Assembly (NCBI GenBank): GCA_964016885.1
Contig: OZ024740.1
Span: 153,202,001-153,266,000 of the forward strand
Origin: Eledone cirrhosa
Taxonomy: Eukaryota
DNA: 64,000 nucleotides
Direction of reading: 5' to 3'
Shown: piece by piece, positions 1 through 14,035 of the stretch
Layout: each line of letters starts with the position of its first letter
How positions within the stretch are numbered: the first letter of the stretch is position 1
The notes under the pieces: model-generated
Database searches by the model: none
Seen by the model: the letters and a program-made list of their open reading frames with translations, nothing else
Told to the model about the DNA's origin: nothing
Program-made: the position numbers and the translations under genes

Positions 1-67
1 TCCCACTCTCCCTCTCTCCCTTTCTCGCTCTAACTCTTACTATCTATTTATTTATCTATCTGTCTGT

Positions 68-142
<75 letters not shown>

Positions 143-319
143 AAAAGAGTCAGGACCCCGATGGCCGGTGCTCAGCCGTCGGGGTCCTGACTCTTTTTCT
201 ATTACCCACTCTACTACCCTAAGTATCGAGTATTCTAGTGCGTTATGGTCTACCTGGTTCCTTACCACACTTTCTTTGTTATATATATATATTTTTTTTT
301 CCGTTTATATATATATATA

Positions 320-1036
320 TAAACGGAAAAAATAAAACGAAATTTCATTTCCCACTCTTAGTACGGCTGTTACTTAAATATAAGTATGTACACGTACATA
401 CATATATGTATACAGACGTACAGTAGTGTGTATATATATATATATATATATACATACATGCACATATATATATATATATATGTACGTATGGATTCACCGA
501 ACATTTATTATAATGCTCGGTGTGTTTGTAAACAAACATCCCGTATTAAGCCGTAGTGTCTAGCAACCATCGCTGCTCGTTTGTTCAACACTGACAAAGG
601 AACGCTGTACTAGTTTCAAGCTTATTAGCTATCGTCAGCAACGTATACCTTCCTGCCAGATTGTTGAACGTATATACTTACCTTATGCATATTAACGGCT
701 GAGCAGCCCAATTTGCACATTGAGTGGGTCAATCGGCCGGGTGCACCGAAAACGATAAACGGAAAAAATGAAACGAAATTTCATTTCTCACTCTTAGTAC
801 GGCTGTTACTTAAATATAAGTATGTACACGTACATACATATATGTATACAGACGTACAGTAGTATGTATATATATATACATACATGCTTAATACGGGATG
901 TTTGTTTACAAACACACCGAGCATTATAATAAATATTCGGTGAATCCATACGTACATATATATATGTGTGCATGTATGTATATATATATACATACTACTG
1001 TACGTCTGTATACATATATGTATGTACGTGTACATA

Positions 1037-1040
<4 letters not shown>
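320..1040 (-). mobile_element. Non-coding hammerhead-bearing repeat (Penelope-derived/retrozyme-like): partial tandem unit plus inverted segment
   Basis: Unit start taaacggaaaaaat..aacgaaatttcattt recurs at ~320 and ~756. 888-1040 is an inverted copy of part of the unit. Flanked by (TA)n; another copy at ~54124-54585. Confidence 0.6.
602..644 (-). ncRNA. Minimal type I hammerhead ribozyme motif
   Basis: Minus strand reads ACGTTG-CTGACGA-tAGCtaataaGCTt-GAAA-CTAG-TA-CAGCGT: stem I, CUGANGA core, stem II, GAAA, palindromic stem III, UH site. Confidence 0.7.
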
Positions 1041-1115
<75 letters not shown>

Positions 1116-1226
1116 AATTTATATCTAGTAACATTTATATACACACAGATGCATATCAATGCTAGCAAATATATAGGTTTTGTCTTATTAACATTGTGGT
1201 TCAATGCATGGGGTTGCAGAACAATA

Positions 1227-1379
1227 ATATGAGAGACGTAAAATAAGAAAATTATAAAATTAACTTACTAAAAAAAATCACTTCCAACTAATTAGTCCAT
1301 TCCAGAAACTAATTAGTTGGAAGTGATTTTTTAGTAAGTAAGTTAATTTTATAATTTTCTTATTTTACGTCTCTCATAT
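1227..1379. repeat. Fold-back inverted repeat, ~70-bp arms with a short loop
   Basis: atatgagagacgtaaaataagaaa...ttccaactaattagt pairs with actaattagttggaag...ttttacgtctctcatat. Confidence 0.85.
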
Positions 1380-1487
1380 ATAAATATATATGTATATAAC
1401 AAAGAAAGTGTGGTAAGGAACCAGGTAGACCATAACGCACTATATATATATATATATATAGTCCGTTATGGTCTACCTGGTTCCTTA

Positions 1488-1557
<70 letters not shown>

Positions 1558-1615
1558 CATATATATATATATACAATATATTAACAAATGGAAACTATAT
1601 TTATAAAACCATATT

Positions 1616-1681
1616 TATTTCATTATACATATTTCAAGGGCCACCAAGGCAAACTATGGTGCGCTTTCATCAGATAAAATA
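1616..1681 (-). ncRNA. Minimal hammerhead ribozyme motif
   Basis: Minus strand: TATTTTAT-CTGATGA-aag...ctt-GAAA-tatgta-TA-ATGAAATA. Same family as 43713-43778. Confidence 0.6.
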
Positions 1682-3981
1682 TAACATAGGTTAGTTTTAT
1701 AAATAAATATTGACATACCCTGAAAAAATACAACCATTCTGGTTGGAATCTCCTGGATAGTGGAGTTATTAGATTTATTGTTGGTTTATTATGCAAATTA
1801 GTGTCGGAAAGGTTTAAAATACCAGTATATTTAAATTAAGCCGTTGGAATAGGGAAAAAAGAAAGAAAGAGAAAAAAGAGAAAAAACGAAAGAAAGAAAG
1901 AGAAAAAACCTGAGTATATTTAAGTGAGAGAGAATAGCGTAATTTTGAGAGAAGAAGCGAAGAAATAAATATAACGTGGATGAATACCGTAGCATGGATA
2001 AACAATAATAAAGATAAGTTGAAGAATTTTATCTAATGTTTAATTAATAAATTTGATTAAATGCTTAATTTATCAATTCAATCCGTAGTTTAAATGTTTA
2101 AATGTGTATGTTAGATTATTAAAGTTGAGACCTATATATTATTAAAGAATATATATTATTAAAATATATAATTAGAAAATATGTTATTATTACAAAACCA
2201 TATATAATTTTATTAATTATTAATTAATTATTTAAAAAAATTTGTAAGTTTAAAATATCCGAATATTTCTAAGCTCATGGGAATTCCGAGAGTTTACAGA
2301 AGAATAATCCCTTATTTGTAATAGCAGTAGAGCGTAAAGGAAATTGCTAGCGATTTATTAATAATTTAGATAGTTCTAAGGATTAAATGCTATAAAGTTA
2401 AGATGTTAAAAAATTAAATTTTCCATCTTAATAATGTAATTAGAGTATGAATCTTATGTTATTTTATAGCAAGTTATAATTTTATAACTCAACCTGTTAT
2501 CTGTTAGAACACGAAAAGTGTGAAACAACAGAATGTTCACTTTTCGTGTTCTAACATATATGCCTAACATCTTCATAAATTTTCCCGGGATAGCCGTGGT
2601 GGTGGTGATCGTATGTCATTGGCTAATTTTCAACCAATCAGAGTAAGTGTTGATATATATATATATACTATTCCCCCTCTCTCTATATATATCTTACGCT
2701 TTACACTCCTCCCCTTCAATAACACATTTCCCCCTCTCTATATATCTCTTCCACTGTTACTTACGCCTGTTTCTCTCTATCTGTTCCGTCTATATATATA
2801 TATCTCTTACTCTTTCGCTTTGCACTCCTCCCCTTCAATACCATCTCTCCCCCTCTCTATATATTTGTTACTCTATCGCTGCACGCTCCTCTCCTTCAAT
2901 ATATCAATTACACACGCTTTACACTCCTTTATCCCCAGCGCCCCTATATATACACCCCCCCTCCCGCATCTATATTTTAATGTTCCGTTGCACCGTGAAT
3001 ATATGTGTCTATATATATATACATATATATTGTATATACACATTCATGTATGTGTATACACACTCATGTATGTATATACACTGGTTTTATGTGTGTATTG
3101 TAAATTTGTACTGTTAAAACACGAAACTAACATTCGATTGACACTTTACCTGTACAGGCAATAGTTATTAGAATGCTGTTGAAGTGTGTATATATTTTTG
3201 GGGGACATCCTGTATATACACACATTATATATAATACAATAAACAGATAAATACACACATATATATATGAGCTTATTTAATTATAAATATTGTGAATTTT
3301 TAACTCAGTTCAATTATATATATAAATGGCTTCTACAGGATTAGAACTGTTTCATTCGAAAGAAATCATCATAATATTGAGAGGGGGGACTAGATAAAAT
3401 ATTTCAAATCAAATGTGTATAAGTTATAAGTTAAAATGTATAAATAGAGACGATAGTGGAGGTATATCTGTTTAGTGGAACAGTAGACGATAGAATTAAA
3501 TACAGACGAGAATCTCCCTTTAATGAAACAGCAGACGATAGAATTAAGGCAATTTAAATTTTAAGCATTTGCATTTCATCGTTACGGGGTCGATAAAATA
3601 AAGTACCAGTAATACACTGTCACTATAAGTAGACGACTTTCAAATTGAATTGTTGGTTCCATTTTTTTAGTATTTTCAATTGTAGTTATCTACTTAAAAA
3701 GCGTTACACGGTTAGAGACATTATTGGTAAGTTATATCTTCCCTATTAAACCATTGCATTATTTCGCCTACAATAGAACAAAAATGAAATGTTCTTTAAA
3801 GAAACAGGAATATAACTTTATAAAAAAAAAAGTTGCATCCGCTTCTTTTATCATTGATAATTTTTTCGTTTTAATATTAATTGTTTTTTGTAGTTGTTTA
3901 TATTAAAAATCTTACTGTAATATTTACTTAAACGAAGGCAGACATCTAAACTTATAGATTAATCTTGAGCGAAGGACTAGA

Positions 3982-4049
<68 letters not shown>

Positions 4050-4539
4050 AACGAAGAATGATAACATTTCAAGCAAAGAGTTTAATTAGGTAATGACTTA
4101 CAAATTTGTTTCAGTATATATTTAATATAATATTAATATATTTTGTAATATTATTAACTAATTATTATAATTAGCGCTTCAGGCTTTGTCTATATTCTGA
4201 AACAAATTTGTAAGTCATTACCTAATTAAACTCTTTGCTTGAAATTTTATCACTCTTCGTTTTGAATTTCTCCTAAGTATTCAATACTCTGTTGAGAAAT
4301 ACATTTTACATAAACAGTCTTTGTACCATTTATACGGTATTAATTACTTATATTTATATATATATATATATAGCGTATGATTAGAACTGTGTTTATTATT
4401 AATATTTTAATGGATTTAATGAAAAATTTTAGGTGTTCATATATATATTCTAAAAATGCGCGAAATCGTGAATCCGCGATAGTTGAACCGCCAAGTAGCG
4501 AGGTATCACTGTCTATATGTTTAAATATATAGTGTAGCT

Positions 4540-5004
4540 GTGATGTATCTCGCGAGTGAATCGAGACCTGTTACTGATTTTGGTGTCCCCACTGCCGATG
4601 TGAATGAGCAACGCTGCACTTGTGAATTGGGTCTTGATGTTGCAGGCAGTTCATATACTTACAATGATGCGGTCCCACAAGCTTGTTCACATTCCTGTGC
4701 TAATAATCTAGATGGGCGTATTAAATTGGATGTGAAAGCAGCTTACCGGATGCGGAATCGGGAGAAGTTGAGACAAAAACAGGCCGATTATAGAGCTGTG
4801 AATTTTGCTAAATTAACACAAAAACAGGCCAAGTATAGATGTTCAAAACGGTATGAGTTGGCAAACAAGCAGGCCAAGTATAGATCTGCAAATTCAGCTA
4901 TTATATCTCAAAAGCAAGCCGAGCGTAGAGCTTCTAAACGTACCGAGTTGGCTAAAGAGCAGACCAAGTACAGATCTGCAAATATCTTATTGCACAAACA
5001 ATAA
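4540..5004 (+). other. ORF with ~15-aa basic repeats (KQAKYRS-like), probably a transposon-derived fragment
   Basis: Five imperfect KQAxYR-type repeats at a 45-nt period. No other recognisable domain or splice context. Confidence 0.3.
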
Positions 5005-5214
5005 TTCTGCACAAATGTTGCTCCATTATTAGATCTAATGTTGCAACGATACAGTTAAATGTTGTCTGTGTATTTTAAAAAAGATTTGCTTATAATCTTT
5101 TCAAATTTCATTACGCCAATAATTCAAGCTCAAATTGACATTATCTAAAAAATTGTACAAACAGCGGTGGATTAGCAGTAGTGAACAGATAAATCAGTCA
5201 ATTTATTAAGATTG

Positions 5215-5872
5215 ACTTGGCATCAATCAACAAGACCTTCATTAGCTGCCCTCCAGCCATCTATTTAAAGCTGTATACATATATGGTACGAATACACTTG
5301 GAGTTCGCGTCATCAGTCTGGAACCCCTATCTTGCTCAGAACATTGACCTCCTGGAAACTGTTCAGAGACATGCAACCAAGCGCATACCCTCCATCAGAC
5401 ACCTACCATACCCTGAATATTTTGCTTCCCTCTGGCAATGGACTTGGTAAACACCCACAAAGTTATTAACCATCCGACCAACAACAACAACCCCGAACAC
5501 CTTTTTGATCTCCATGTGTCTAACACGTGGACATGCCTACAAAGTCAGAAAACAACACAGCTCCCATGACTTTAGGAAATATTTCTTCATGCTCAGAGTT
5601 GCTGAAGGATGGAACAAACTTCCTGCATCAGTTGTTAGCTGATGACACACTGCATCCTTTAAAACCATCATACATTCCGAAATACACCAAAACTACACCT
5701 GATGTCCCCCTTCCATACACATGCACATATGTGTATATCATGACTCATGCACTGTTCTTTTTTCATGACGTTTTTATATTACCCTATGTATTATATATGC
5801 ACTTTTGATGAGTTGTAGTGCACTTCAGCATTGTACACAATATTTTCATTATTATTATCATTATTATTATTA
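5215..5872 (+). mobile_element. CR1/L2-type LINE 3' fragment
   Basis: LYTYMVRIHLEFASSVWNPYLAQNIDLLETVQRHATKRIP matches the CR1-like post-RT region. Ends in an (ATT)n tail. Confidence 0.75.
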
Positions 5873-6339
5873 CACATTGATCCATTTTGCACTAACTCTG
5901 CATCAAGCACCCTCACCTAAATATTAACCAATCAAGGATCCAATACAGCTATCTGTTGGATGAGTATTGTTTAGTGCCAAAAACGAAACCAATCAGTTTA
6001 GCAGAAAGTTTCCAGACAAGAAACACGCATATTTTGCTATCCTCAAACACGTTTACACATGGCATGAAATATAACTAATCCGAGATGGCTAGGTTTCATC
6101 TTCTAACTGGATATACGAAATCCATTATGTCTTGACAACAACATGAGGTAACATTATGTTATTCACAGACACACTTTGTACACTGTTCCATATCAGAATG
6201 TATTTCCTTCGTCACATTCACAAACAGTATTGAAAATATGTTCTTCGGCAAATAAAAATGTTTTGTTCATAATATTTCAACTAGCGATTGCTCTACTTCA
6301 CGCACGACCACCATAAATTAATGACCAGCTCAACACAAG

Positions 6340-6512
6340 TATTGGTAGAGCGTCAGACACCATGCTTTGCAGTATTGTTATGGTCCTTTGCATTCTAAGT
6401 TCAAATCCTGCCGAGGTTAACTTCGACTTTCATACTTACTAATTCGATAAAATAAAGTACCAGTAATGGACTGCCGTAATGGATTTGTGCCGAAAAATAG
6501 AAACACTATTAA
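6340..6512 (+). mobile_element. tRNA-derived SINE copy
   Basis: B-box GTTCAAATCC, body gccgaggttaactt...gataaaataaagtaccagtaatg, tail ..ttgtgcc..agaaac. The family recurs through the window. Confidence 0.7.
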
Positions 6513-7092
6513 TGTGCAATAAGAGCAAAATATAACGACATTGCTCAATTATTTTATCTAATGTTGTAATAACACAAGGAAATGTTGTTTGTGTATTTTT
6601 TTTTATATTTGCTCATAGGCTTTTACAATTTCGCTCAGCCAACAACTATTAAAAAGTGAGTTGCTTAAGATAACAATTTAATCACAAATTGTTGCTATCT
6701 TTTAATACACTCCAACAAGTCATCAAATTATGTACAATAAAAACAAATCTTATTAATTTGCTCAGGGAATATAAAGAAAATGTATATACACTGATAATTG
6801 CAATTGTATGTAAATATTTTGTTTTTGTATTGTTTATTTTATGTTTTCTATTATGTATAATATATTGATTTAATATTGATTGTTTTTTGTAGTTGTTTAT
6901 ATTAAAAGTCTGAATATATTTTTATACATCTTACACTAATATTTATAAGATAATTTATAATAACAATTACATAATCTAATTACATTACAACGATAATTTA
7001 TTATTAATATATATCCTGTTTAACTAGAGTTGCCTTAAAAAATATATATCCTTAACAAGCGTTTAACAAGCGTTGCCTTAAAAAAATATTAA

Positions 7093-8049
7093 ACTAGACA
7101 TGAAAAATGCGCAAGCTCAAAAGTGCCACAGAATGTTATAATAAACCTTCAAAAGTGTGGGACTAGAGTTGTTGCTAAAAAATATTGTAATCATTATATA
7201 TCGTACATTCTGTGGCATCCTTTATAAAAATAGCTTAAACCAACGAAGCCTTTATTTTTACGCTATTTCACTTAGTTAATTCTTAGAGTGTAACATATAA
7301 AAATAAATACATCTATGTTTAATGTAATAACAGCTATAAATAATTACGTAATATTATTATCATATACTCATAGTAACAAAATAATTGTGTTGAAAATTAA
7401 TATGATGCTTATATGAACGATCAAATCTATAATGATAATTTCTTAAATATACTAATAGTAAAATAATTTAGTTATCTATTGTTACATTTTCATAGAACTA
7501 TAATATTAACAATCGTATTGCATTATCAAATTTTTATCACTACAAACTTTCATATTGGAATTACCTTAAGCCACTTATTATTACTTCGCTTTCGTACTTT
7601 TACAGCTGTAGATATTGCGCTGTATCTTATATCTAATATCAATATCTCATGGTAATTTGCATGCAGTGTAAAATAGGTTTATTAATAACTTTAATATGAA
7701 ATGTATTATACAGGGCTGCGGAGTCGGCCAAAAATTGACTGGCTCCAACTCAGGATCCGATACTCCATTATTTCCTAAATTTCAGCTCCGCAGCTCTGTT
7801 ATTATATTAATTAATTTATTTTATAGTTGTAAATCATATTTTTATATGTTACACTCTAAGAATTAACTAAGTGAAATAGCGTAAAAATAAAGGCTTCGTT
7901 GGTTTAAGCTATTTTTATAAAGGATGCCACAGAATGTACGATATATAATGATTACAATATTTTTTAGCAACAACTCTAGTCCCACACTTTTGAAGGTTTA
8001 TTATAACATTCTGTGGCACTTTTGAGCTTGCGCATTTTTCATGTCTAGT
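7093..8049. repeat. Long inverted repeat: arms ~7093-7305 and ~7837-8049
   Basis: Arms read as reverse complements (actagacatgaaaaatgcgc / gcgcatttttcatgtctagt) around a ~530-bp spacer. Confidence 0.85.
7711..7798. mobile_element. Tiny hAT-like MITE
   Basis: Imperfect TIRs CAGGGCTGCGGAG / CTCCGCAGCTCTG. Flanks gtattata / ttattata resemble an 8-bp TSD. Confidence 0.55.
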
Positions 8050-8300
8050 ACAGTTATGACTGTTAAAACCTAAATGTGTTTGCTATAACGTGTTAACATT
8101 TAAAAATTCTTTCATAGGAATATATCTAAAGCATAAACCATAAAAAACTCTTTCATATATATATATATATATATATGTACAAAACTTAATCTGTTATTTT
8201 AATGAATGTTAGCTCTATGGTTCTTATATATTTGATATATATTTATCCTTATCGAGCCCTCTTTCGATTTTCGTGTTCACATTTATCATTATTATTATTA

Positions 8301-8396
8301 TTTTACACGCAGAAATGCCCATTTGTACCGTCCTGTATTGTCCTGTACTGTACTTAATGTCTACTTTATGTAAACCCTTGTGGTTAATAAAGAAAA

Positions 8397-8427
<31 letters not shown>
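8301..8427 (+). mobile_element. Severely 5'-truncated Tx1-type element (3' UTR stub plus TTA tail)
   Basis: ttttacacgcagaaatgcccatttgtac...cccttgtggttaataaagaaa matches the 3' ends of copies 1 and 2 (near 14183 and 23547). (ATT)n on both sides. Confidence 0.85.
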
Positions 8428-8635
8428 GGCGACTTACGTAGTAAATCGTATCATCGTGAGCTCCGCAAAGGTTTGTTATTTCCGTTTGTTAAAAATTGCC
8501 ATTTATGGAAAATTTTATTATTAACTATATATAAGCGCACATACATTGTTTTCCGAAAAGGACACCCCAAAAGATTGGGGCCTTGTGCCCAAAATTTAAA
8601 CTTTTATGATTATCAAAAAATTTCTTTGAAAAAAA

Positions 8636-10582
8636 ATGGCTAATTCACCACTGCACCAAGCAGCTGAGAGCCTTCCTCACAAATTAACACCTCACACCGA
8701 CACCACCATTGTAAATGATTATACGTCTGCCAACACAAACAATTTAAGCACTAGCAATATTTTAAATTTGTCTCAGGCAGACATTCATTTCCCGCCATTA
8801 CCAATGACTGCAGGTGTTAAAGCCGCCACCGCCACCACCACCACCACCACCGCGACAACAGAAACAAAAGGAAAAAATAAATCAACTCGTAATGTCGAAA
8901 TATTTTCAACCAAAATGGACTCTCCCAAACCGAACTTCACTGACGTCACCACCACCACAACTGAAACTAAAATTAATAATAACAAAAATAACGATAGCAA
9001 CAACAACAACAACAATGACATTAAAAAAAACCACCCTGAGTTTTGCCAGAGTAGCAAAACAGTGCGAAGCATTTACGGTAACTCAGGAGGAATTAGAAAA
9101 TGCCAAACAAATGGTAAAGAAAGATGGGTACAGGGTCAGCCTCACCCCCACCTAATAAAATGGAGCATCGGCGCCTATGCACCGTGTCGTATCGAACAAT
9201 AAATGTAAAATCGCACCGAGTGGAACGGGCATCCGAGTCCCAAATCCAAAAAGCTTTGGGACATGTGTGGGCAAGAAAAACCCACATCAGACGTGGGCAG
9301 AAGTATGGAACCGTGGACGTGTTCTTTGAAACACCAGAGGAGGCTAGAGAACACTCCATGGCCCCATTAAGAAGTGACGACTTCACACTCGTCCCAAGCT
9401 ATTGTGGCCAGAGACTCGTAAAGATCAGAGTGACCCACGTTCCACCGGCCATCGAAATTCCCTGGCTAATAGCGGCCGTCCTCGCCGGCATCGAAGCCAA
9501 CACAAAGATAATAGCAATAGCAAAAGAAAAGCAGGAGAACTGGTCCGGATCTGGGATGGAGCTCCTGATCCAAGCGGACCAAAAAAGCATTGAGGAGATC
9601 CCAGAGGTAATAGACCTCACTGACGGCAGCCACCTCACCGTAATTGTCGAGGGCAGAAGGCCTAGGTGTGTCGTTTGTGGTGAAGGAACCCACCTAAGGG
9701 CTTTCTGCCCTCAGGCTAAAAGGTTGAGGCCACCTCTCCTATCCACCCCAGTGACACAACCATCAACACCACCAGTAGCAGAGATGGCAGCAAAAACTGT
9801 AGCAGCAACAACAGAAGCAACTATAACAGCAACAACCCCAGCAACAGTAGCGAAACCAACACCACCACCATCCAACGCTTCAGAACTAGCACCAGCGCCT
9901 ACACCATCCACCACGCCACAACCAAAACTAACGCCTGTGGAGGATTTTCCACTCCCCGGCCTATCACAACTGGAGACAGATTGCGACGACGAGGAGTGGG
10001 AAACGGTATCAGGAAAAAAAAAAAGAAACCAAAAAAGAAAAAAATTCTCTTCCTTCCCCCTCCAAAAACAAAATACAGAGGGAAACAAATAAATTAACAA
10101 ACAAAAAAGTTAGGACAGATATGCCACCATCCACACCAGCATCACCAACGCCATCAACCCAAACACCAACACCATCACCATCATTAACCCCAACACCACC
10201 ATCACCTACACCACAAAAGTCACCAAAATACGAAACAGAAACAAACCCACAACAAACGCAAACAAAACAAAACAACCAAAACGATACACACTACACAGCA
10301 TTAAATTTGAACAACAAGAAATTATTACACTACATCCAACACAACACCAGCATCACAGAAAAAGACTACACAACAACCCAAAAATTCACACCACCTCCAC
10401 ACATACAAATCACTCGCATCACACAGAAAACGTACATGACACTAACACAAAAATTCCCCAAAGACATCGGAGACTTCCGACAAGCACTCTCCAGGAGGAT
10501 TTATAAGGACATCCTTCCTGAGGAGGCCACAAGCAGTGAAAAGGATGGAAAAACCGTCCTTCCCCTACGAGAAGTAAGGTAA
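8636..10582 (+). pseudogene. Tx1 ORF1 (CCHC zinc knuckle), frameshifted
   Basis: RCVVCGEGTHLRAFC knuckle and Pro/Thr-rich linkers, split over several frames. Confidence 0.75.
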
Positions 10583-10616
10583 GTGGTCTTTCCCATCTTT
10601 TCCACTCCTTTTCAAC

Positions 10617-13600
10617 ATGACCTCACTCAGAATAGGCAGCATAAATGCGCGTGGCTTGGGGTCGTCATGGAAGCAGGGCCACCTGCTCAACGACCTCAGG
10701 TCACTAAACATAGATGTAGTGGCCATCAGCGAGACCAGAATCTCCGAAGCACGGGCCTTCGCACCGATCTTCGGCGGCTACGATGTGTACGCATCTCCCA
10801 GCCGTCCGGGATCGGGGGGATGAGTTGCTGTGCTTTTTCGGAGAGGTTTGGATCTTGCCATACGGGCCATCTTCCTGGACCCAGAAGGTAAGTTGGTGGT
10901 GCTGGACGTGACCAGCGGAGACGGGCAAGCTTTCAGGTTAGTGGCCGTCTATGCCCCGACAGGAGCAGGGCGGCCTGATTTCTTCCCGCGTCTAGAGACC
11001 TTTCTTGGAACGTCCCGCTTTTTAGTGTTAGTGGGCGACTGGAACGGGATCTTAGATGCACGCTGGGATTATGTGGGATTAGTGGATAGGGAAGGAGGGT
11101 GCAAGAGTCTCACCAACCTGCTCAGGCGTTTTGAACTGTCTGACAGGTACCGAATGGATTTCCCGAATGTACCAGTGTGGACTTGGACAAATCGCTTAGG
11201 GTCATCCAGATCATATCTAGATAGAGTATTTTGTAGGGAAATAGATAGGTCTAGTATAGGCTGTCCACAATTCAAGATAGTCAGCTACACGGACCACAAA
11301 TTCGTGATCTGTGTGCTTGACTTAGATAGGCTTCATAGACGAGGACTCGGCTACTGGAAGCTAAACGCGTCCTTACCAGCGCGCAAGGCCTGCAGAGACC
11401 GGATTAGCGAACTAGTTAAGCGGGCGTTGACGGGGGCCATCGTCAACAACAAGTGGTGGTTTGCTCTGAAAAGAGCAATTAGAATAGAGTCCATTAGGTT
11501 TAGTAAGGCTTTAGCAATAGAGAAAAATAGAGCAGAGGGAGAATTAGTTAGAAAATTAGACGAGGCGCTTAGCAAAGGCATCGCGACCGACGTACTTGCG
11601 GCGAAATTGGCCCTTGACTAATTCTTCAATGCAAAGCACGAAGGCTGCGTTGTCAGAGCTAGGGTGCGTGCTCTCAGACACGAGGGGACGAAAGCCGTTC
11701 AATGGGCCCGAGTGGCAGAGGCGCGTCGTGGCAACAAAGCCACGATCTGGTATTTGGTGGACCACGACGGGCGCATGCTACTCGATCCCGGGCAAATGTG
11801 TGAAGCTTTTCAGCGACACTTCGCTCAACTGTTCGGGGGCAGTGGCGGACCGGATCGAGGGATGGACTTTAGTGTCTACCTCGACGGACTGCCGCGGCTT
11901 TCGGCCACTGAGGCGGAGTGTTGCGAAAAGTCGATAACAACCGCTGAAGTACGGGAGGCAATGACTAGCTGCACAAGGGGTAAATCGCCTGGTTTGGATG
12001 GTCTGCCCTATGAACTTTACGTACAGATACCAGACTTGTTCGGAGGCCTCTTGGCGGACGTCTACTGCAGCTGGCAACAGAACGGGAGAATTCCCAGCTC
12101 TGTGAGCCGAGGAGCGGTGGCGCTGCTGAGAAAGGATCCGAACAAAGGGGATAACATAGATAATTTTAGGCCCATAACTCTGCTAAACACAGAGTTCAAG
12201 ATTTTGGCCAATGTGCTAGCAAAGAGGTTGGCGCTTGTCGTTGGTGGTCTGGTGGGAGAGGCACAGACATGCGCCATTCCCGACAGATCCATCCACGACA
12301 ACCTCCACCTCATGCGATACATCGTAGAGAGGGTAGCTAGGGAACCTGGCACGGGTGGGTCTTTGATCAATTTAGATCAGTCGAAAGCCTTCGATAGGGT
12401 CGACCTTCGTTACCTAGCGGCAATCCTGAGGGCGGCTGGTTTGGGCCCGTCTTCAGAGGCTGGATCGCTGCCATGCACAGCGACATCTGCTCTGTAGTGA
12501 GAGTGAACGGTCACCTTTCGAAACCGTTCAACATCATGCGCTCGGTCCGCCAAGGATGTCCCCTCTCGTCCCTCTTGTACGTATTGACTCTCGAGCCATT
12601 ACTGCACAAACTGGAGACGTTGAGGGGGACCCCGCGCGAACTAGGGTGCGGAAGATCCGTGTCAGCATATGCGGACGATGTCACCGTAGTGGTGTCGAAC
12701 GCCAAACACATCGAGGCGATCGGTACTCCACTAAGAGAATACGAAGCGGTGACAGGAGCAATGATCAACCAGGAAAAGTCAGTGGGCCTGCAGCTCGGCA
12801 CCTGGAGAGGCAGGTCCATGCCGTCCAACAGCGTCGTCGGGCGCTGGACGGACGGACCGGTTAAATTGCTAGGGGTCTGGTTCGGTCCGGACCTCCAGAC
12901 GGACAAAAACTGGGGCGAGGTGACGAGCAGGGTGGCTTCTCTCACCCAAAAATGGGCGGAGTGGAAGCTATCCCTGAAAGGTCGAGCGGAGATGGCTAAC
13001 GCGTACATCGCGTCCGTCATCTACTACCGCCTGACTGTCGTACCTTGTCCTAAGCCCCGCCTGACTGCGCTGGAGCGTTTGCTCTTTCGCTTCTTGTGGA
13101 AGGGACGCGCTCCGATGGTCAGGCGGTCCATCTGCTGTCAACACCCGCTATGTGGAGGGCTGGGCATGCCGTGGCTGATGATGCGCAGACACGCGCTGAG
13201 GCTGCGACATCTCCACCTCTTCCTCGACGGTGATCAGGTGTGGTCGCCGTTTGCTAGACGCGTCTTTCCCCAGCTCGTCTCCTTGACAGAGCTGCAGTCC
13301 TGGGTCAAGCGAAGACCGAGAGGGAGCGCTTGGAGACTGGAATGTCTTCAGGCGCTCACAGCCCTCGACCAATCGGGCAATGTGATCGGTGGAAACTCCA
13401 CCTTGGCGTTCTATAGAGGATTAGTGGAGAGGAAGAGCGACGACGTACTTGGAGAAACTCTAGGCGTCGACGAAAATCAACTAGCCAATCTCTTCGTACG
13501 GTCTTTCGGGCCGGGGCCTATGGACAATTTCCAGAAATCCCTGGCCTGGCAGTGCTACCAGGGAGCTTTGCCAGTTCGGGATAAACTCTACAGGCATGGA

Positions 13601-14035
13601 GGTGCCGTCAGCCGGGCATGTCCGAGATGCGCGCATGGCGACGAAACCGTCCTGCACGCACTCGTCCAGTGTCCGAGTATTGCTGACTTGTGGGTTTATG
13701 TCGAACACCTGCTGTCACGTGTAGGACGGATCCGGCTATCAGTTGAGTCCATCGTGAGGATTGCCCCGCCTTCTTCCTTTAGCCGGAAAGGGCAGGCAGT
13801 TTTTATCTGTCTGGTGGCCATGGCGAAAGAGATAGTATGGTGGACACGTTTGAAAGGGCTGAAGACGAGCACTTACCTCTTCGGTGATGCCCTGATTAAC
13901 TTTTTCAAATTTCATTTGAAAAGGAAAATCAGGGTAGAGAGGGAAGTGCTCTCTTCCCACCATTTTGTTGAAAGATGGGTGAGAGAAGCAAGTATGGCCC
14001 GAGTGAATGGGCCTACTCTGAGTATATGTCTGTAA
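10617..14035 (+). pseudogene. Tx1 ORF2: AP endonuclease, reverse transcriptase, C-terminal zinc finger (disrupted)
   Basis: SINARGL, SETR, GDWN, YLDR, TDH (APE); FRPITLLN, DQSKAFDRV, QGCPLS, YADD (RT); CPRC..ETVLHALVQC. Stops at 10821 and 11619 and a frameshift near 12440. Confidence 0.9.

Noticed and set aside
56-1694. ORFs rich in YI/IY, HT/TH, CV/VC or RE dipeptides here and throughout the window
   Set aside because: Translations of (TA)n, (CA)n and (GA)n microsatellites, not genes.
9020-10030. Possible programmed frameshifting at A-runs in Tx1 ORF1
   Set aside because: Breaks fall at different homopolymers in each copy, so slippage mutation or sequencing error is more likely.
9399-13708. 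Antisense and alternate-frame ORFs over the Tx1 elements
   Set aside because: By-products of GC-rich coding sequence; no independent motifs.
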